From contig VGEN01000003.1 of assembly GCA_016869285.1 (NCBI GenBank), forward strand, positions 150 to 64,149: 64,000 bases of DNA, in the 5' to 3' direction. The DNA is from Alphaproteobacteria bacterium (GTDB lineage: Bacteria; Pseudomonadota; Alphaproteobacteria; SHVZ01). The notes below the pieces were generated by a model. It saw nothing but the letters and a program-made list of their open reading frames with translations. It was not told the DNA's origin and ran no database searches. Shown one piece after another: positions 20,281 to 29,957 of the stretch. Each line of letters begins with the position of its first letter. Position 1 is the stretch's first letter. The position numbers and the translations under genes are program-made.

Positions 20281-21057
20281 ATGGCCGATGCTTTCGCCCG
20301 CTTTCGTCTGGACGGCCGGGTTGCCGTCGTTACCGGCGCCGCGTCGGGCATCGGCTTCGCCAGCGCCCGCGCGCTGGGTCTCGCCGGCGCCCGCATCGCC
20401 GTCGCCGACATCAATGCCGAGGGGGCCGCAAAGGCGGCGGCGTCGCTCAAGGGCGAGAAGATCGACGTCGCAACCCATGTCTTCGACGTCGCCGACGAGG
20501 CCGGGGTGATCGCGACCATGGCCGAGATTGCGCAGAGCTGGGGGCGGATCGACATCCTCGTCAACAATGCCGGACTTGCGGCGCGGCAGCCGTCGGAAGC
20601 GCTCGATCTTGGCGCGTGGGAGCGGGTGATCCGCATCAACCTCAACGGCTCCTTCCTCTGCGCCCGCGAGGCCGGCAAGACGATGCTGGCGCAAGGGCGC
20701 GGCAGCATCGTCAACATCGCTTCGATCATGGGGCTGGTCGGAGGCGGGCTCTATCCGAACCTTGCCTATCACTCGACCAAGGGCGCGCTGGTCAATTTCA
20801 CGCGCGCGCTGGCGGTCGAATGGGCCGGGCGCGGCGTCCGCGTCAATGCCGTGGCGCCGACCTTCGTGCGCACGCCGCTGACCGCGAAGCTGCTCTCCGA
20901 TGCAGAGATGAAATCGGCGATCGAGGCGATGACGCCGCTCGGACGGCTGGCCGAGGCCGATGAGATCGCCGACGCCGTCCTCTATCTCGCCTCTGATGCC
21001 GCGGCAATGGTCACCGGGCACACGCTGCCGGTCGACGGCGGCTGGGTCGCGCGCTGA
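20281..21057 (+). CDS. SDR family oxidoreductase
   Basis: Start MADAFARFRLDGR; TGAASGIG, NNAG, YHSTK and VDGG. Confidence 0.9.
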   Translation: MADAFARFRLDGRVAVVTGAASGIGFASARALGLAGARIAVADINAEGAAKAAASLKGEKIDVATHVFDVADEAGVIATMAEIAQSWGRIDILVNNAGLAARQPSEALDLGAWERVIRINLNGSFLCAREAGKTMLAQGRGSIVNIASIMGLVGGGLYPNLAYHSTKGALVNFTRALAVEWAGRGVRVNAVAPTFVRTPLTAKLLSDAEMKSAIEAMTPLGRLAEADEIADAVLYLASDAAAMVTGHTLPVDGGWVAR

Positions 21058-21061
21058 GAGG

Positions 21062-21994
21062 ATGCCCGAGCCGCCGGTCGAGATCGTCTGGAACGAGGCG
21101 ACCGTCGACGACTGGCGGCGCCTGATCGGCTCGGTTGAGGGCGGGACGCTGCCGCAATCCTGGGCCTATGCCCAGGCGATGCCGGCGGCCGAAGGACAGA
21201 TCCCGCACTTCGGCGTCATTCGCAACCGGGACGGCGAGGTGGGCTGCGTGCTCGCGCTCGAGCGCCGGGCGATGTCGGTCTTCAGTCGGATCTCGATCCA
21301 TCGCGGACCGCTCTGGCTCAGGCCCGATCCGCCGCTTGCGGCAACGCTGGCGGCACTCAGGCGCCGATGGCCGCGTCGCCCGTGGCGGCGCATTTCCTTC
21401 ATCCCCGAGCTGCCCGCCGGCGCCGACAGCCATCGCGCATTGACCGAGGCCGGCTTCCATCGCGCCGGCGAAGGCTACCGCTCGATCCTGGTCGATCTGC
21501 CGCACGCTCGTGAACGCCTGCGTGCAACCTGGCGCCATGAGTTGCAGCGCGCCGAGCGTCATGATGTGTCGGTCGAGGTCGATCGCCACGGCAAGGCGAC
21601 GTTGCCCTGGCTACTGCAACGCTACGAGATCGACCGGAAGCTGCGGGGCTATCGCGGCCCCTCGAACAGGCTGGCGCTCCAGCTTGTGCTCGCTGCGCGG
21701 GCCGCGAGCGACGCATTGGTGGTGATCGCGAGCCATGGCGCCGAGCGGATTGCCGGCATCCTGGTCATCCGCCACGGCGACACGGCCACATATCTGGTCG
21801 GCTGGACCGGGGGAGAGGGACGGCGTCTCGGCGCCACTCATCTGCTCCTCTGGCGAGCGATGAAAACCCTCGCCGGAGACGGCGTCCGCCGCTTCGACCT
21901 CGGCGGCATCAACCCGGAGGCCGCGCCGGGCCTCACCCTGTTCAAGCGCGGCCTCGGCGGTCGCGAGTACGAACTCATCGGCACCTATACGTGA
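21062..21994 (+). CDS. FemAB/FemX-like GNAT-fold protein
   Basis: LPQSWAYA, HRGPLW, WRHELQRAE, ATYLVGWT, FDLGG and GLTLFKRGLGG. Confidence 0.8.
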   Translation: MPEPPVEIVWNEATVDDWRRLIGSVEGGTLPQSWAYAQAMPAAEGQIPHFGVIRNRDGEVGCVLALERRAMSVFSRISIHRGPLWLRPDPPLAATLAALRRRWPRRPWRRISFIPELPAGADSHRALTEAGFHRAGEGYRSILVDLPHARERLRATWRHELQRAERHDVSVEVDRHGKATLPWLLQRYEIDRKLRGYRGPSNRLALQLVLAARAASDALVVIASHGAERIAGILVIRHGDTATYLVGWTGGEGRRLGATHLLLWRAMKTLAGDGVRRFDLGGINPEAAPGLTLFKRGLGGREYELIGTYT

Positions 21995-22006
21995 TATACA
22001 GATCCC

Positions 22007-22664
22007 ATGCTGACCTTCCTGCATACGGCCGAGTCCAACGTCGTCGCCGTCGGCAAGCTGATGGCGGAGCTGGCGCCCGAGATCCCGATTCGACACTATC
22101 TATCCGCAGAGTTGCTGGCCGAGGCGGTCAAAGCGGGGACCGTGACCGATGCGGTTGCCGCCGGCGTGCGCGCCAAGCTCACGGAGGCTGCCTCGGGGGC
22201 CTCAGTCGTGGTCTGCACCTGCTCGACCATCGGCGCCGTCGCCGAGGCCGCCGATGGCAGCTTGCCGGCGCCGGTCCAGCGCATCGACCGCGCCATGGCG
22301 GAGGCGGCCGTCGCCAGGGGCCGCCGCATTCTGGTCGCGGCCTGCGTCTCTTCCACCGTCGGTCCCACCTCCGACCTGCTGGCCAAGGTCGCCCACAGGG
22401 GCCGGGCGGACCGCCGATCTCCGGGTCGCGCTGATCGCCGAGGCGTGGCCGAAATTCCTGGCCGGCGACGTCAAGGGCTACGAGGCGACGATCGTCGACC
22501 GGCTTGCACGCGAGAAGGGCGATGCCGAGGTGATCGTCCTGGCCCAGGCCTCGATGGCAGGGGCGGCGGCGGAGGCCGAGCGGCGTCTCGGCCTGCCGGT
22601 GCTGACCAGCCCGCGGCTCGGCGTTACCGCCGCGATCGCCGCGTGGCGGCAGGCGCAGGGCTGA
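22007..22664 (+). pseudogene. Asp/Glu/hydantoin racemase-family protein interrupted by a +1 frameshift near 22398-22401
   Basis: The N-half (FLHTA, VVCTCSTIG, RIDRAMA) is in the frame starting at 22007. The C-half (VIVLAQASMA, PVLTSPRLG) is in the +1 frame. Removing one G from GGGG joins them. Confidence 0.75.
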
Positions 22665-22670
22665 GCGCCG

Positions 22671-23138
22671 ATGCCCGTCATCCAATACGGCGCCATGCAG
22701 CCGCGCCTGCGCGAACTCTACGCCTTCTGGGACGATCGGCGCCAGCGCTCGGGCGGCAAGCTGCCTTCGATCCTGAGGGTCCATGCCGAGAGCTTGACGC
22801 CCTGGCTCAGCAACCTGGTGATCATGACCGTCCGCCGCGAGGGCGAATTCGCCTATCGCTACTACCCCAAGACCTTCGTCGAGCAGTTCGGCGTCGATAT
22901 GTCGGGCAAGCTGACGACCGAGCTGCCAGATGCGCAGCGCGCGCTGCTCGAGCATGAGTACGACTATGTTCGCCAGAAGCGGCGCCCGACCTGGCGCGTC
23001 TATTCCGGCGAGTTCGACAACGAGATCGTTACATGGGAGCGGCTGATCCTGCCTTTCGCCGCCGATGGCGAGGCGATCGACACCCTCCTGGTCGGCGTCT
23101 ACGAAGCCAAGAACGCGGGGCTCTTCGAGATCGCTTAA
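22671..23138 (+). CDS. Stand-alone PAS domain protein (PAS_5-like)
   Basis: LRELYAFWDDRR..LPS, FAYRYY..FGVDMSGK and WERLILPF, the typical alphaproteobacterial PAS_5 pattern. Confidence 0.75.
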   Translation: MPVIQYGAMQPRLRELYAFWDDRRQRSGGKLPSILRVHAESLTPWLSNLVIMTVRREGEFAYRYYPKTFVEQFGVDMSGKLTTELPDAQRALLEHEYDYVRQKRRPTWRVYSGEFDNEIVTWERLILPFAADGEAIDTLLVGVYEAKNAGLFEIA

Positions 23139-24625
23139 GCCGGCAGCTTCGCTCGCGACAGCGGTCCGGCGACGTTCGGGTCGGCCGCGCCGAGCGGTGT
23201 GCCGCTGTCGGGGCGGCGCTTGAAGGGTAGCTCGATCGAGGCAGGGATCGGGCAGACATAGGGCTTGCCCGAGACGCGCTCCTTGAGCTCGGCCTTGGCC
23301 TTGGCCAGCAGCTCCGGGCTCTCGATCGCGTCGATCGCGGTCGCGGCCATCGCCTTGGCGGCGTGGATCATGCCCTTGTGCGCTGCCGGCAGCTTTCCCT
23401 GGGTCACCAGCTGCCAGGAGTGGCCCGGCGTGCCGACGGCAAAGCAGGCACCCCAGGCCTGGACCGTCGGCGTCACCCAGGAGACGTCGCCGACATCGGT
23501 CGATCCGAACAGCACCTGCGGCGTGCCGTCGAAGGGCAGGATGTCGTCATGCAGAACCTTCGGGTAGCTGGTCGGAAGGCCGACGGATTTGAGCGCGGAG
23601 GCAACGTCGGCCGGCGTCATCGCCGCCTTGCGCAGCCTTTCGGCAAATGCGCGGTCCTTGTCGTCGAACGGCGTCGGGCCGAGGCGTTTCACGTTCTCGT
23701 ATAGCGCCATCTCGAGGGCTGTGTTCGGCAGCACGTTGGAGCAGGCCTTGTCGAAATCGACCACGGCCTGAGTCTCGGTCATCAGCGCCGCGCCTTCGGC
23801 GATCTTCTTGACCCGCTCGAACAGCTCGACGGTCTCGGTGACATCGGGCGCACGCACGAGGTAAAGGACCTCGGCCTTCGCCTGCACGACGTTGGGCGAG
23901 ATGCCGCCGGTATTGGTGATGGCGCAGTGGACGCGCGCATCGGGCGGCATATGCTCACGCATGTAGTTGACGCCGACATTCATCAGCTCGACAGCATCCA
24001 GCGCGCTGCGGCCGAGATGCGGCGATCCGGCGGCATGCGCAGCGCGCCCGCTGAAGCGGAAATAGGCTTGGATGTTGGCGAGAGTGCGCACCGACATCAC
24101 GCCGTAGAAATCGTCCGGATGCCAGGTCACGGCGCAGTCGAGATCGGCGAACATGCCGGCACGCGCCATGAAGGTCTTGCCCGAGCCTCCTTCCTCGGCC
24201 GGGCAGCCGTAGTAGCGGATGCGGCCCGACCGCTTGCCGGCCGTCAGGTAGTCCTTCACCGCGGCGGCGGCGAGCAGAGCGCCGGTGCCAAGCAGGTTGT
24301 GGCCGCAGCCCTGGCCGTTCGGCCCGTCGGCCGGGGCGCGCTCGGTCAAGCCCGATTTCTGGCTCAGGCCGGAGAGAGCATCGTATTCCCCGAGGAACCC
24401 GATCAGCGGCCCGCCTTCGCCGATCTCGGCCTCGAAGGCGGTCGGGATGCCGGCGACGCCCGCCTTCACCTTGAAGCCTTCGCGCTCCAGCATCTCGATC
24501 TGGGCTGCGACCGACTTCTCTTCCTGATAGCGGAGCTCGGCAAGGTCCCAGACCTTGTCGCTGAGCGCGGTGTAGGCCGGGATCTTCGCCTCGATCACCG
24601 AGGCGATGCGCGTGATGTCTTTCAT
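23135..24625 (-). CDS. M20 amidohydrolase (AbgB-like)
   Basis: GFLGEYDAL, GCGHNLLG, GCPAEEGGSGK, GRSALDAVELMN and GSTDVGDVSW; probable start MKDITR. Confidence 0.9.
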   Translation of the reverse strand: MKDITRIASVIEAKIPAYTALSDKVWDLAELRYQEEKSVAAQIEMLEREGFKVKAGVAGIPTAFEAEIGEGGPLIGFLGEYDALSGLSQKSGLTERAPADGPNGQGCGHNLLGTGALLAAAAVKDYLTAGKRSGRIRYYGCPAEEGGSGKTFMARAGMFADLDCAVTWHPDDFYGVMSVRTLANIQAYFRFSGRAAHAAGSPHLGRSALDAVELMNVGVNYMREHMPPDARVHCAITNTGGISPNVVQAKAEVLYLVRAPDVTETVELFERVKKIAEGAALMTETQAVVDFDKACSNVLPNTALEMALYENVKRLGPTPFDDKDRAFAERLRKAAMTPADVASALKSVGLPTSYPKVLHDDILPFDGTPQVLFGSTDVGDVSWVTPTVQAWGACFAVGTPGHSWQLVTQGKLPAAHKGMIHAAKAMAATAIDAIESPELLAKAKAELKERVSGKPYVCPIPASIELPFKRRPDSGTPLGAADPNVAGPLSRAKLPA

Positions 24626-24694
24626 CGAAGAAAGTCCTTGAGGCGGGACCCAGACCATAGCTCCGGCGAGGGCCCTAGGCCACCCTCGGCGCCA

Positions 24695-25093
24695 TCACAT
24701 AGAAGGCTTTCCCGACTGCGTCTTCTCGAGGTCGGTTTGGAGCTGGGAGGCGCGCGATCCGAGGTTGCGCAGATGCGAGGTGTAGGCCAGCACCAGAGCG
24801 CGCAGCACCGGCGGAGCATCGGCCAGCACCTTGTCGAAGACGCGCTGGTCGATGACCAGCGCGACCATCTTGTCGATGGCCGTGACGGTCGCCATGCGCG
24901 GTGCCTTGTCGATCAACGCCATCTCGCCGACGATCGCTCCAGGTCCGAGCTTGTTCAGGATCACCTTGCGGCCATCGACCATCTTCGACACTTCGACTTG
25001 GCCATGCTCGATCATATAGGCGCGGTCGCCGGCCGCGCCTTCGCGCAGTAGCACGTCGCCGGCGACGAAGGTCCTGGCCTGGAAGAGATCCAT
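24695..25093 (-). CDS. Stand-alone cyclic nucleotide-binding domain protein
   Basis: LLREGAAGDRAYMIEHGQVEV and GEMALIDKAPRMATVTA; no HTH, short C-terminal helix. Confidence 0.88.
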   Translation of the reverse strand: MDLFQARTFVAGDVLLREGAAGDRAYMIEHGQVEVSKMVDGRKVILNKLGPGAIVGEMALIDKAPRMATVTAIDKMVALVIDQRVFDKVLADAPPVLRALVLAYTSHLRNLGSRASQLQTDLEKTQSGKPSM

Positions 25094-25102
25094 CGCTCCT
25101 TC

Positions 25103-26239
25103 CTAGAGCCGCCGGACGGCAATGGCGAGGCGGCGGTAGTCATCCATCTCGTTGTAGAGCTGCGCCGAGACGCGGACCCAGAGCGCGTTGTCGAGAGCGT
25201 TGACCGGCACATCGATCCTGTGGTTCTGCCAGAGCTTGAGGCGGATATCCGGCGGGCCGCCTGACGCGAGCGGCAGCCGGATCATGCGCATCGAGCCGGC
25301 AAGCGCCGCCGGGGCGCCGAGGCGCGTCTTCCATGCGTCGGCAAGGTAGGTGCCGGCCTCTTCCGCGAGCGCACGATTGCGCGCCTTGATGCGCGAGTCG
25401 CCGAAGGTCTGGCGGAAGGCGAGTGCCGCCGGCACCGACAGATAGGGCGAAGGATCGCGGGTTCCGGTCCAGTCGAACTCGGCGACGTAGCCCTTGCCGA
25501 GCCCATGCGAGACGACGGGCGGGTGAAGCCGGGGCTGGTGCTCGCGCTTCGACCAGAGGAAGGCGGCGCCCTTCGGTGCTGACAGCCACTTGTGGCAGTT
25601 GCCGGTGTAGAAGTCGGCATCGAGCGCCGAGAGATCGAGCGGCACCTGGCCGGGCGCATGCGCACCGTCGACCAGCACGAGCGCGCCCGCCGCCCGGCAG
25701 GCGGCGATCAGGCGCTCGATCGGCATGACCACGGCGGTTGCCGAGGTGATGTGATCGAGCACCACCAGCCGCGTGCGCTCGTTCAAGCCCGACTTCAACG
25801 CGCCGACGATCGAGGTCCCGTCGTCCTCGACCGGGAAGGGGAAAGTCACCTCGACCACCTTGGCGCCGGCGCGGGCGGCCTCGTGGCGGACGATGTTCTT
25901 CACCGCATTGTAGGTCTGATCATTGATCAGGATCTCATCGCCGGGTTCGAGCGCGATCGAGCCGATCACGGACTGAACGCCGGCTGTCGCGTTGTCGACG
26001 AAGACGACGTCCTCGCCCGCGGCACCGAGATACTCGCCAAGCTCGGCCGCGGTGGCGCGCAGACGCTTCGGCAGCTGGCGAGTGAAGAAATCGCCGATCG
26101 TCCGCTCCATGTCCTGGCGCACGGCGTCCTGAGCAGCGAGCACCGGCTTTGGTGTCGCACCATAGCTGCCGTGGTTGAGATGGGTCGCGTTCCAATCGAG
26201 TGTCCAGAAGTGGCGGACGGCCTGGCCGAAATCGGGCAC
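25103..26239 (-). CDS. PLP-dependent class V aminotransferase (isopenicillin N epimerase / Egt2 C-S lyase-like)
   Basis: LNHGSYGATP, NATAG, VDGAHAPG, GNCHKW (PLP lysine) and WTGTRD. Confidence 0.88.
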   Translation of the reverse strand: MPDFGQAVRHFWTLDWNATHLNHGSYGATPKPVLAAQDAVRQDMERTIGDFFTRQLPKRLRATAAELGEYLGAAGEDVVFVDNATAGVQSVIGSIALEPGDEILINDQTYNAVKNIVRHEAARAGAKVVEVTFPFPVEDDGTSIVGALKSGLNERTRLVVLDHITSATAVVMPIERLIAACRAAGALVLVDGAHAPGQVPLDLSALDADFYTGNCHKWLSAPKGAAFLWSKREHQPRLHPPVVSHGLGKGYVAEFDWTGTRDPSPYLSVPAALAFRQTFGDSRIKARNRALAEEAGTYLADAWKTRLGAPAALAGSMRMIRLPLASGGPPDIRLKLWQNHRIDVPVNALDNALWVRVSAQLYNEMDDYRRLAIAVRRL

Positions 26240-26403
26240 GGGATCTCCTTGAGAAGCGAGACATTGCAGCGGCGGGCTCTCCGGTGCCGGATCGACCGTC
26301 GGCGCGTCGATGCCCCCTTATCCGATCGAATAACGACGCCGCCGCTCGAACCAAATCATATCTCGGTCCGACTAACTTGGTTGCCCGCAAATCGTCACAC
26401 CTC

Positions 26404-26419
26404 TGTGACACCAGTCACG
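26404..26419. promoter_or_regulatory. CRP-family-like binding site TGTGA-N6-TCACG
   Basis: One mismatch to TGTGA-N6-TCACA; overlaps a second inverted repeat GTCACA-N4-TGTGAC (26394-26409); sits in a divergent intergenic region. Confidence 0.5.
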
Positions 26420-26444
26420 GCTTTACGCGTAACGGGGGCTGAGG

Positions 26445-26816
26445 ATGATGGCGTTTCCTGAAGGCAGTGTGCATGAGCTCGTTTCGCTTCGCGGTAGAAC
26501 CTCCCCAACCGATGTGCCGGACGACGGTCGCGAGCTGGTTCGTCGGCGTCGGCCTCTGGGCGGCGGCGCTCGCCCTTCTCTCGATCCCGTAAGAGCGCGG
26601 GCGCTCGGTGCCGTTCCTCCTCCGCCTGCTGACGTCGTCGGCCGTGCCGTCTGGAACGCGGCCGACCGTGCCCGTCGCCTCGGCTCGTCGGTCGCCCTGG
26701 TCCAGGATGAGGACGCCGACGCCTCCCGTCCGCCACTGAACCGCCCGCTCATGCCGGCCTGCCTTGCGGGCTTCGGCCTCTCCGCAATAGTGCTCTTCCT
26801 TCTCTGCGCGGAGTAG
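26445..26816 (+). CDS. Hypothetical small protein with hydrophobic C-terminus
   Basis: Fills the gap upstream of DUF502 and has a C-terminal hydrophobic stretch; no recognisable family. Confidence 0.35.
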   Translation: MMAFPEGSVHELVSLRGRTSPTDVPDDGRELVRRRRPLGGGARPSLDPVRARALGAVPPPPADVVGRAVWNAADRARRLGSSVALVQDEDADASRPPLNRPLMPACLAGFGLSAIVLFLLCAE

Positions 26817-26834
26817 GGCAAGACTGTCGGCCGA

Positions 26835-27524
26835 ATGACCGACAGCGCCTCCGAGCCGGCCGGCTCCAGATCTCCCCGGTTTCACCACAGCATCGGACGA
26901 CGCCTGCGCGGCTGGCTGGTCGCGGGGATACTCGTCACCGCCCCGCTCGCGCTCACCTCCTATATCGTCTGGGAGCTGATCGGGTATTTCGACGCGCTGG
27001 TCGAGCGCTGGATTCCGGTTCATCTCAATCCCGGGACCTATCTGCCGTTCAAGATTCCCGGGTACGGCGTCCTCGTCGTGGCCCTCGGCCTGACGCTGAT
27101 CGGCGCGGTCACGGCGAGCCTGATCGGACGATGGGCTATCGGGCTCGGCGACCGGATCATCGCGCGCACGCCGCTGGTCAGCGGCCTCTATGGCGCGATC
27201 AAGCAGGTCGTCGAGACCGTCTTCGCGCAGAAGTCGGAGACCTTCCGCCAGGTCGTCCTGGTCGAGTATCCGCGTCGCGAGGCTTGGACCATCGCCTTCG
27301 TCTGCGGGCAGACCCACACCGAGGTCGTGCGCGAGATCGGCGAGGAGCTGATCCCGATCTACGTGCCGACGACTCCGAACCCGACCTCGGGCTTTCTCCT
27401 GTTCGTGCCGCGCAACCAGATCAAGCCGCTCAAGATGACGGTCGAGGAGGCGCTCAAGCTGATCGTCAGCCTCGGTATCGTGCTGCCGCCCGACCGCGGC
27501 GTCGACACCATCGCCAAGGACTAG
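26835..27524 (+). CDS. DUF502 domain membrane protein
   Basis: GILVTAPLALT, VVLVEYPR and YVPTTPNPTSGFLLFVP; usual neighbour of recG in alphaproteobacteria. Confidence 0.92.
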   Translation: MTDSASEPAGSRSPRFHHSIGRRLRGWLVAGILVTAPLALTSYIVWELIGYFDALVERWIPVHLNPGTYLPFKIPGYGVLVVALGLTLIGAVTASLIGRWAIGLGDRIIARTPLVSGLYGAIKQVVETVFAQKSETFRQVVLVEYPRREAWTIAFVCGQTHTEVVREIGEELIPIYVPTTPNPTSGFLLFVPRNQIKPLKMTVEEALKLIVSLGIVLPPDRGVDTIAKD

Positions 27525-29614
27525 CCCGAGCGCAGGTAACGGACCGCGGCGTCGCGCTCGAACAGGTAGAGCAGCGTGCGGAGCGCCTTGCCGCGCTCGC
27601 CTTCAAGCTCCGGATCGCGCGCGAGAATCAGCTTCACGTCGTCGGCCGCGATCGGCAGCAGGTCGCCATGGACGGCGAGATCCGCTGCCTTAAACTCGGG
27701 CAGGCCGCTCTGGCGCTTGCCCAGCACCTCGCCGGCGCCGCGGAGCCTTAGATCCTCCTCGGCGATGCGGAACCCGTCATCGGTCTCGCGCAGCGTCGCC
27801 AGCCGCGCCTTCGCTGCCTCGCCGAGCGGCGCCTGGTAGAGAAGGAGGCAGGTCGCCGCCTTGTCGCCGCGGCCGATGCGCCCGCGCAGCTGATGCAGCT
27901 GGGCCAGGCCGAAGCGCTCCGCATGCTCGATCACCATCACGGTGGCCGCCGGCACGTCGACGCCGACCTCGATCACCGTGGTCGCGACCAGAAGCTTCGC
28001 GGTGCCGTCGGCGAAGGCGGCCATCGCCTTGTCCTTGTCGGCGGCCTTGAGGCGGCCGTGCACGAGCGCGACGCGGTCGGTGCCGAACCGTGCGGCAAGC
28101 TCGGCGTGCCGCACCTCGGCGGCAGTGGTGTCGTCGGGTGCGCCCTCGCTCGTATCCTCGATCAGGGGGCAGACCCAGAAAACCTGGCCGCCCCCAGCGA
28201 TCGCGCGCCCGACCGCGTCGACGACCTCGGAAAGCCGTTCGAGCGGCACCGTCCGCGTATCCACGGGCTTCCGCCCAGCCGGCTTCTCCGTCAGGCGCGA
28301 GACGTCGAGATCGCCATAGGCAGCCAGCATCAGCGTGCGCGGGATCGGCGTCGCGGTCATCGCCAGCACGTCGACCGCGCGTCCTTTTGCGGCAAGCTCC
28401 ACCCTCTGATCGACGCCGAAGCGGTGCTGCTCGTCGACCACGGCGAGCGCCAGATCGCGGAAGGCGACGCCATCCTGAACCAGCGCATGCGTGCCGACGG
28501 CGAGCGGAATCGCGCCGGAGGCGAAGCCGGCCAGGATCTCCTCGCGCCTCTTGCCCTTGTCGCGCCCGGTCAGCAGCGCCACCGGGACTCCGGCGGCCTC
28601 GGCCAGCGGCTCGATCGTCGCCATGTGCTGGCGTGCCAGGATTTCGGTCGGGGCCATCAACGCGGCCTGCGATCCCGCCTCGACCGCGGCGATCATCGCC
28701 AGCAGGGCGACGACGGTCTTGCCGGAGCCGACATCGCCTTGCAGCAGGCGGAGCATGCGCTTGTCGCCGGCGAGGTCGGCGGCGATCTCGGCATCGGCCT
28801 CGACCTGCGAACGGGTGAGCTCGTAGGGAAGCGCCGACAGGATCCTGGCGCGGAGCTTGCCGGTGCCCCTGGTCTCGCGCCCGGCCTGACGCTTCTGGTG
28901 CTGGCGCATCAGCGCCAGCGCCAGCTGGTTCGCCAGCAGCTCGTCATAGGCAAGCCGCGTGCGCCCCGAAGCGGTCGGCTCCAGGTCCCCCTGGCCCGCC
29001 GGGCCGTGCAGCATGCCGATCGCCTCGCGCCAGCTCGGCCAGCGGCGTTGCTCGCGGAGCGGCTTGTCCATCCACTCCGGCAGCTCGGGCGTGCGCTCGA
29101 CAGCTAGCTCGATTGCCTTCCTCAGCGTGCCGGCCGGTAGGCCCGCCGTCAGCGGATAGACGGGCTCGAGACGCAGCAGCTCCTCGGCCTGGTCCTCGCC
29201 GACGATTCGGTCGGGATGCGCCATCTGCACGCGGCCCTGGAAGCGCTCGACCCGGCCGCTGACCAGGCGCACCTCGCCGAGCGGCAGCGCCTTGGCGAGC
29301 CAGTCGCCCTTCGCATGGAAGAAGACGAGCTCGACAGTGCCGCTCTCGTCACGCGCGAGCACCCGATAGGGCCGCCTCGGGTTCGGTGACGGGACGTGCT
29401 CGGCGATCCGAACCTTGAGCGTGCAGATCCGCCCCTCCGGCGCCTCGGCGACGCTCGGCTGGAAGCGGCGGTCGACCAGGCCGAAGGGCCGGTGCCACAG
29501 GAGGTCCACCACCTTCGGCCCGGCAACCTTGGCGATCAGCTTGCCGAAGCGCGGGCCGATGCCCGGCAATGTGGTCACGTCGGCGAAGAGCGGAAAGAGG
29601 ACAGCGGGGCGCAT
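27521..29614 (-). CDS. recG: ATP-dependent DNA helicase RecG
   Basis: Start MRPAVLFPLF; RLLQGDVGSGKT, DEQHRFGV, MTATPIPRT, QLHQLRGRIGRG and DGFRIAEEDL. Confidence 0.98.
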   Translation of the reverse strand: MRPAVLFPLFADVTTLPGIGPRFGKLIAKVAGPKVVDLLWHRPFGLVDRRFQPSVAEAPEGRICTLKVRIAEHVPSPNPRRPYRVLARDESGTVELVFFHAKGDWLAKALPLGEVRLVSGRVERFQGRVQMAHPDRIVGEDQAEELLRLEPVYPLTAGLPAGTLRKAIELAVERTPELPEWMDKPLREQRRWPSWREAIGMLHGPAGQGDLEPTASGRTRLAYDELLANQLALALMRQHQKRQAGRETRGTGKLRARILSALPYELTRSQVEADAEIAADLAGDKRMLRLLQGDVGSGKTVVALLAMIAAVEAGSQAALMAPTEILARQHMATIEPLAEAAGVPVALLTGRDKGKRREEILAGFASGAIPLAVGTHALVQDGVAFRDLALAVVDEQHRFGVDQRVELAAKGRAVDVLAMTATPIPRTLMLAAYGDLDVSRLTEKPAGRKPVDTRTVPLERLSEVVDAVGRAIAGGGQVFWVCPLIEDTSEGAPDDTTAAEVRHAELAARFGTDRVALVHGRLKAADKDKAMAAFADGTAKLLVATTVIEVGVDVPAATVMVIEHAERFGLAQLHQLRGRIGRGDKAATCLLLYQAPLGEAAKARLATLRETDDGFRIAEEDLRLRGAGEVLGKRQSGLPEFKAADLAVHGDLLPIAADDVKLILARDPELEGERGKALRTLLYLFERDAAVRYLRSG

Positions 29615-29696
29615 GAAGCCGCCACTGTATCGCGATTCCGGGCGCTGACATCGGCCCTCGGAGGGCTTATACCCTGGCCCTTTCCCGGATACCCCC

Positions 29697-29957
29697 ATGT
29701 CCGACGAGCGCCTGAAACGCCTGATCTATCGCAGCTCCTACACCGGCACCAAGGAACTGGACCTGGTGCTGGGGGCGTTCGCGCGCGCGCATCTGGCGGA
29801 GCTGGGCGCGGCTCAGCTCGACCGCTACGAGGCCTTGCTGGGAGCCGAGAATCCGGACCTTTATGCCTGGGTCTTCAGCCGCGAGGAGCCGCCGGCCGAG
29901 CACGACACCGACGTGCTTCGCATGATCCACGGTTACGCCCGGACAAGCCGGGGCTGA
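29697..29957 (+). CDS. sdhE: Succinate dehydrogenase flavinylation/assembly factor SdhE (SDHAF2)
   Basis: RLKRLIYRS..GTKELDLVLGAFA and DLYAWV; conserved recG/sdhE/mfd synteny. Confidence 0.9.
   Translation: MSDERLKRLIYRSSYTGTKELDLVLGAFARAHLAELGAAQLDRYEALLGAENPDLYAWVFSREEPPAEHDTDVLRMIHGYARTSRG

Noticed and set aside
29396-29956. N-terminal extension making Mfd 1337 aa
   Set aside because: It overlaps recG and sdhE. The ATG at 29957, coupled to the sdhE stop, gives a normal-sized Mfd.
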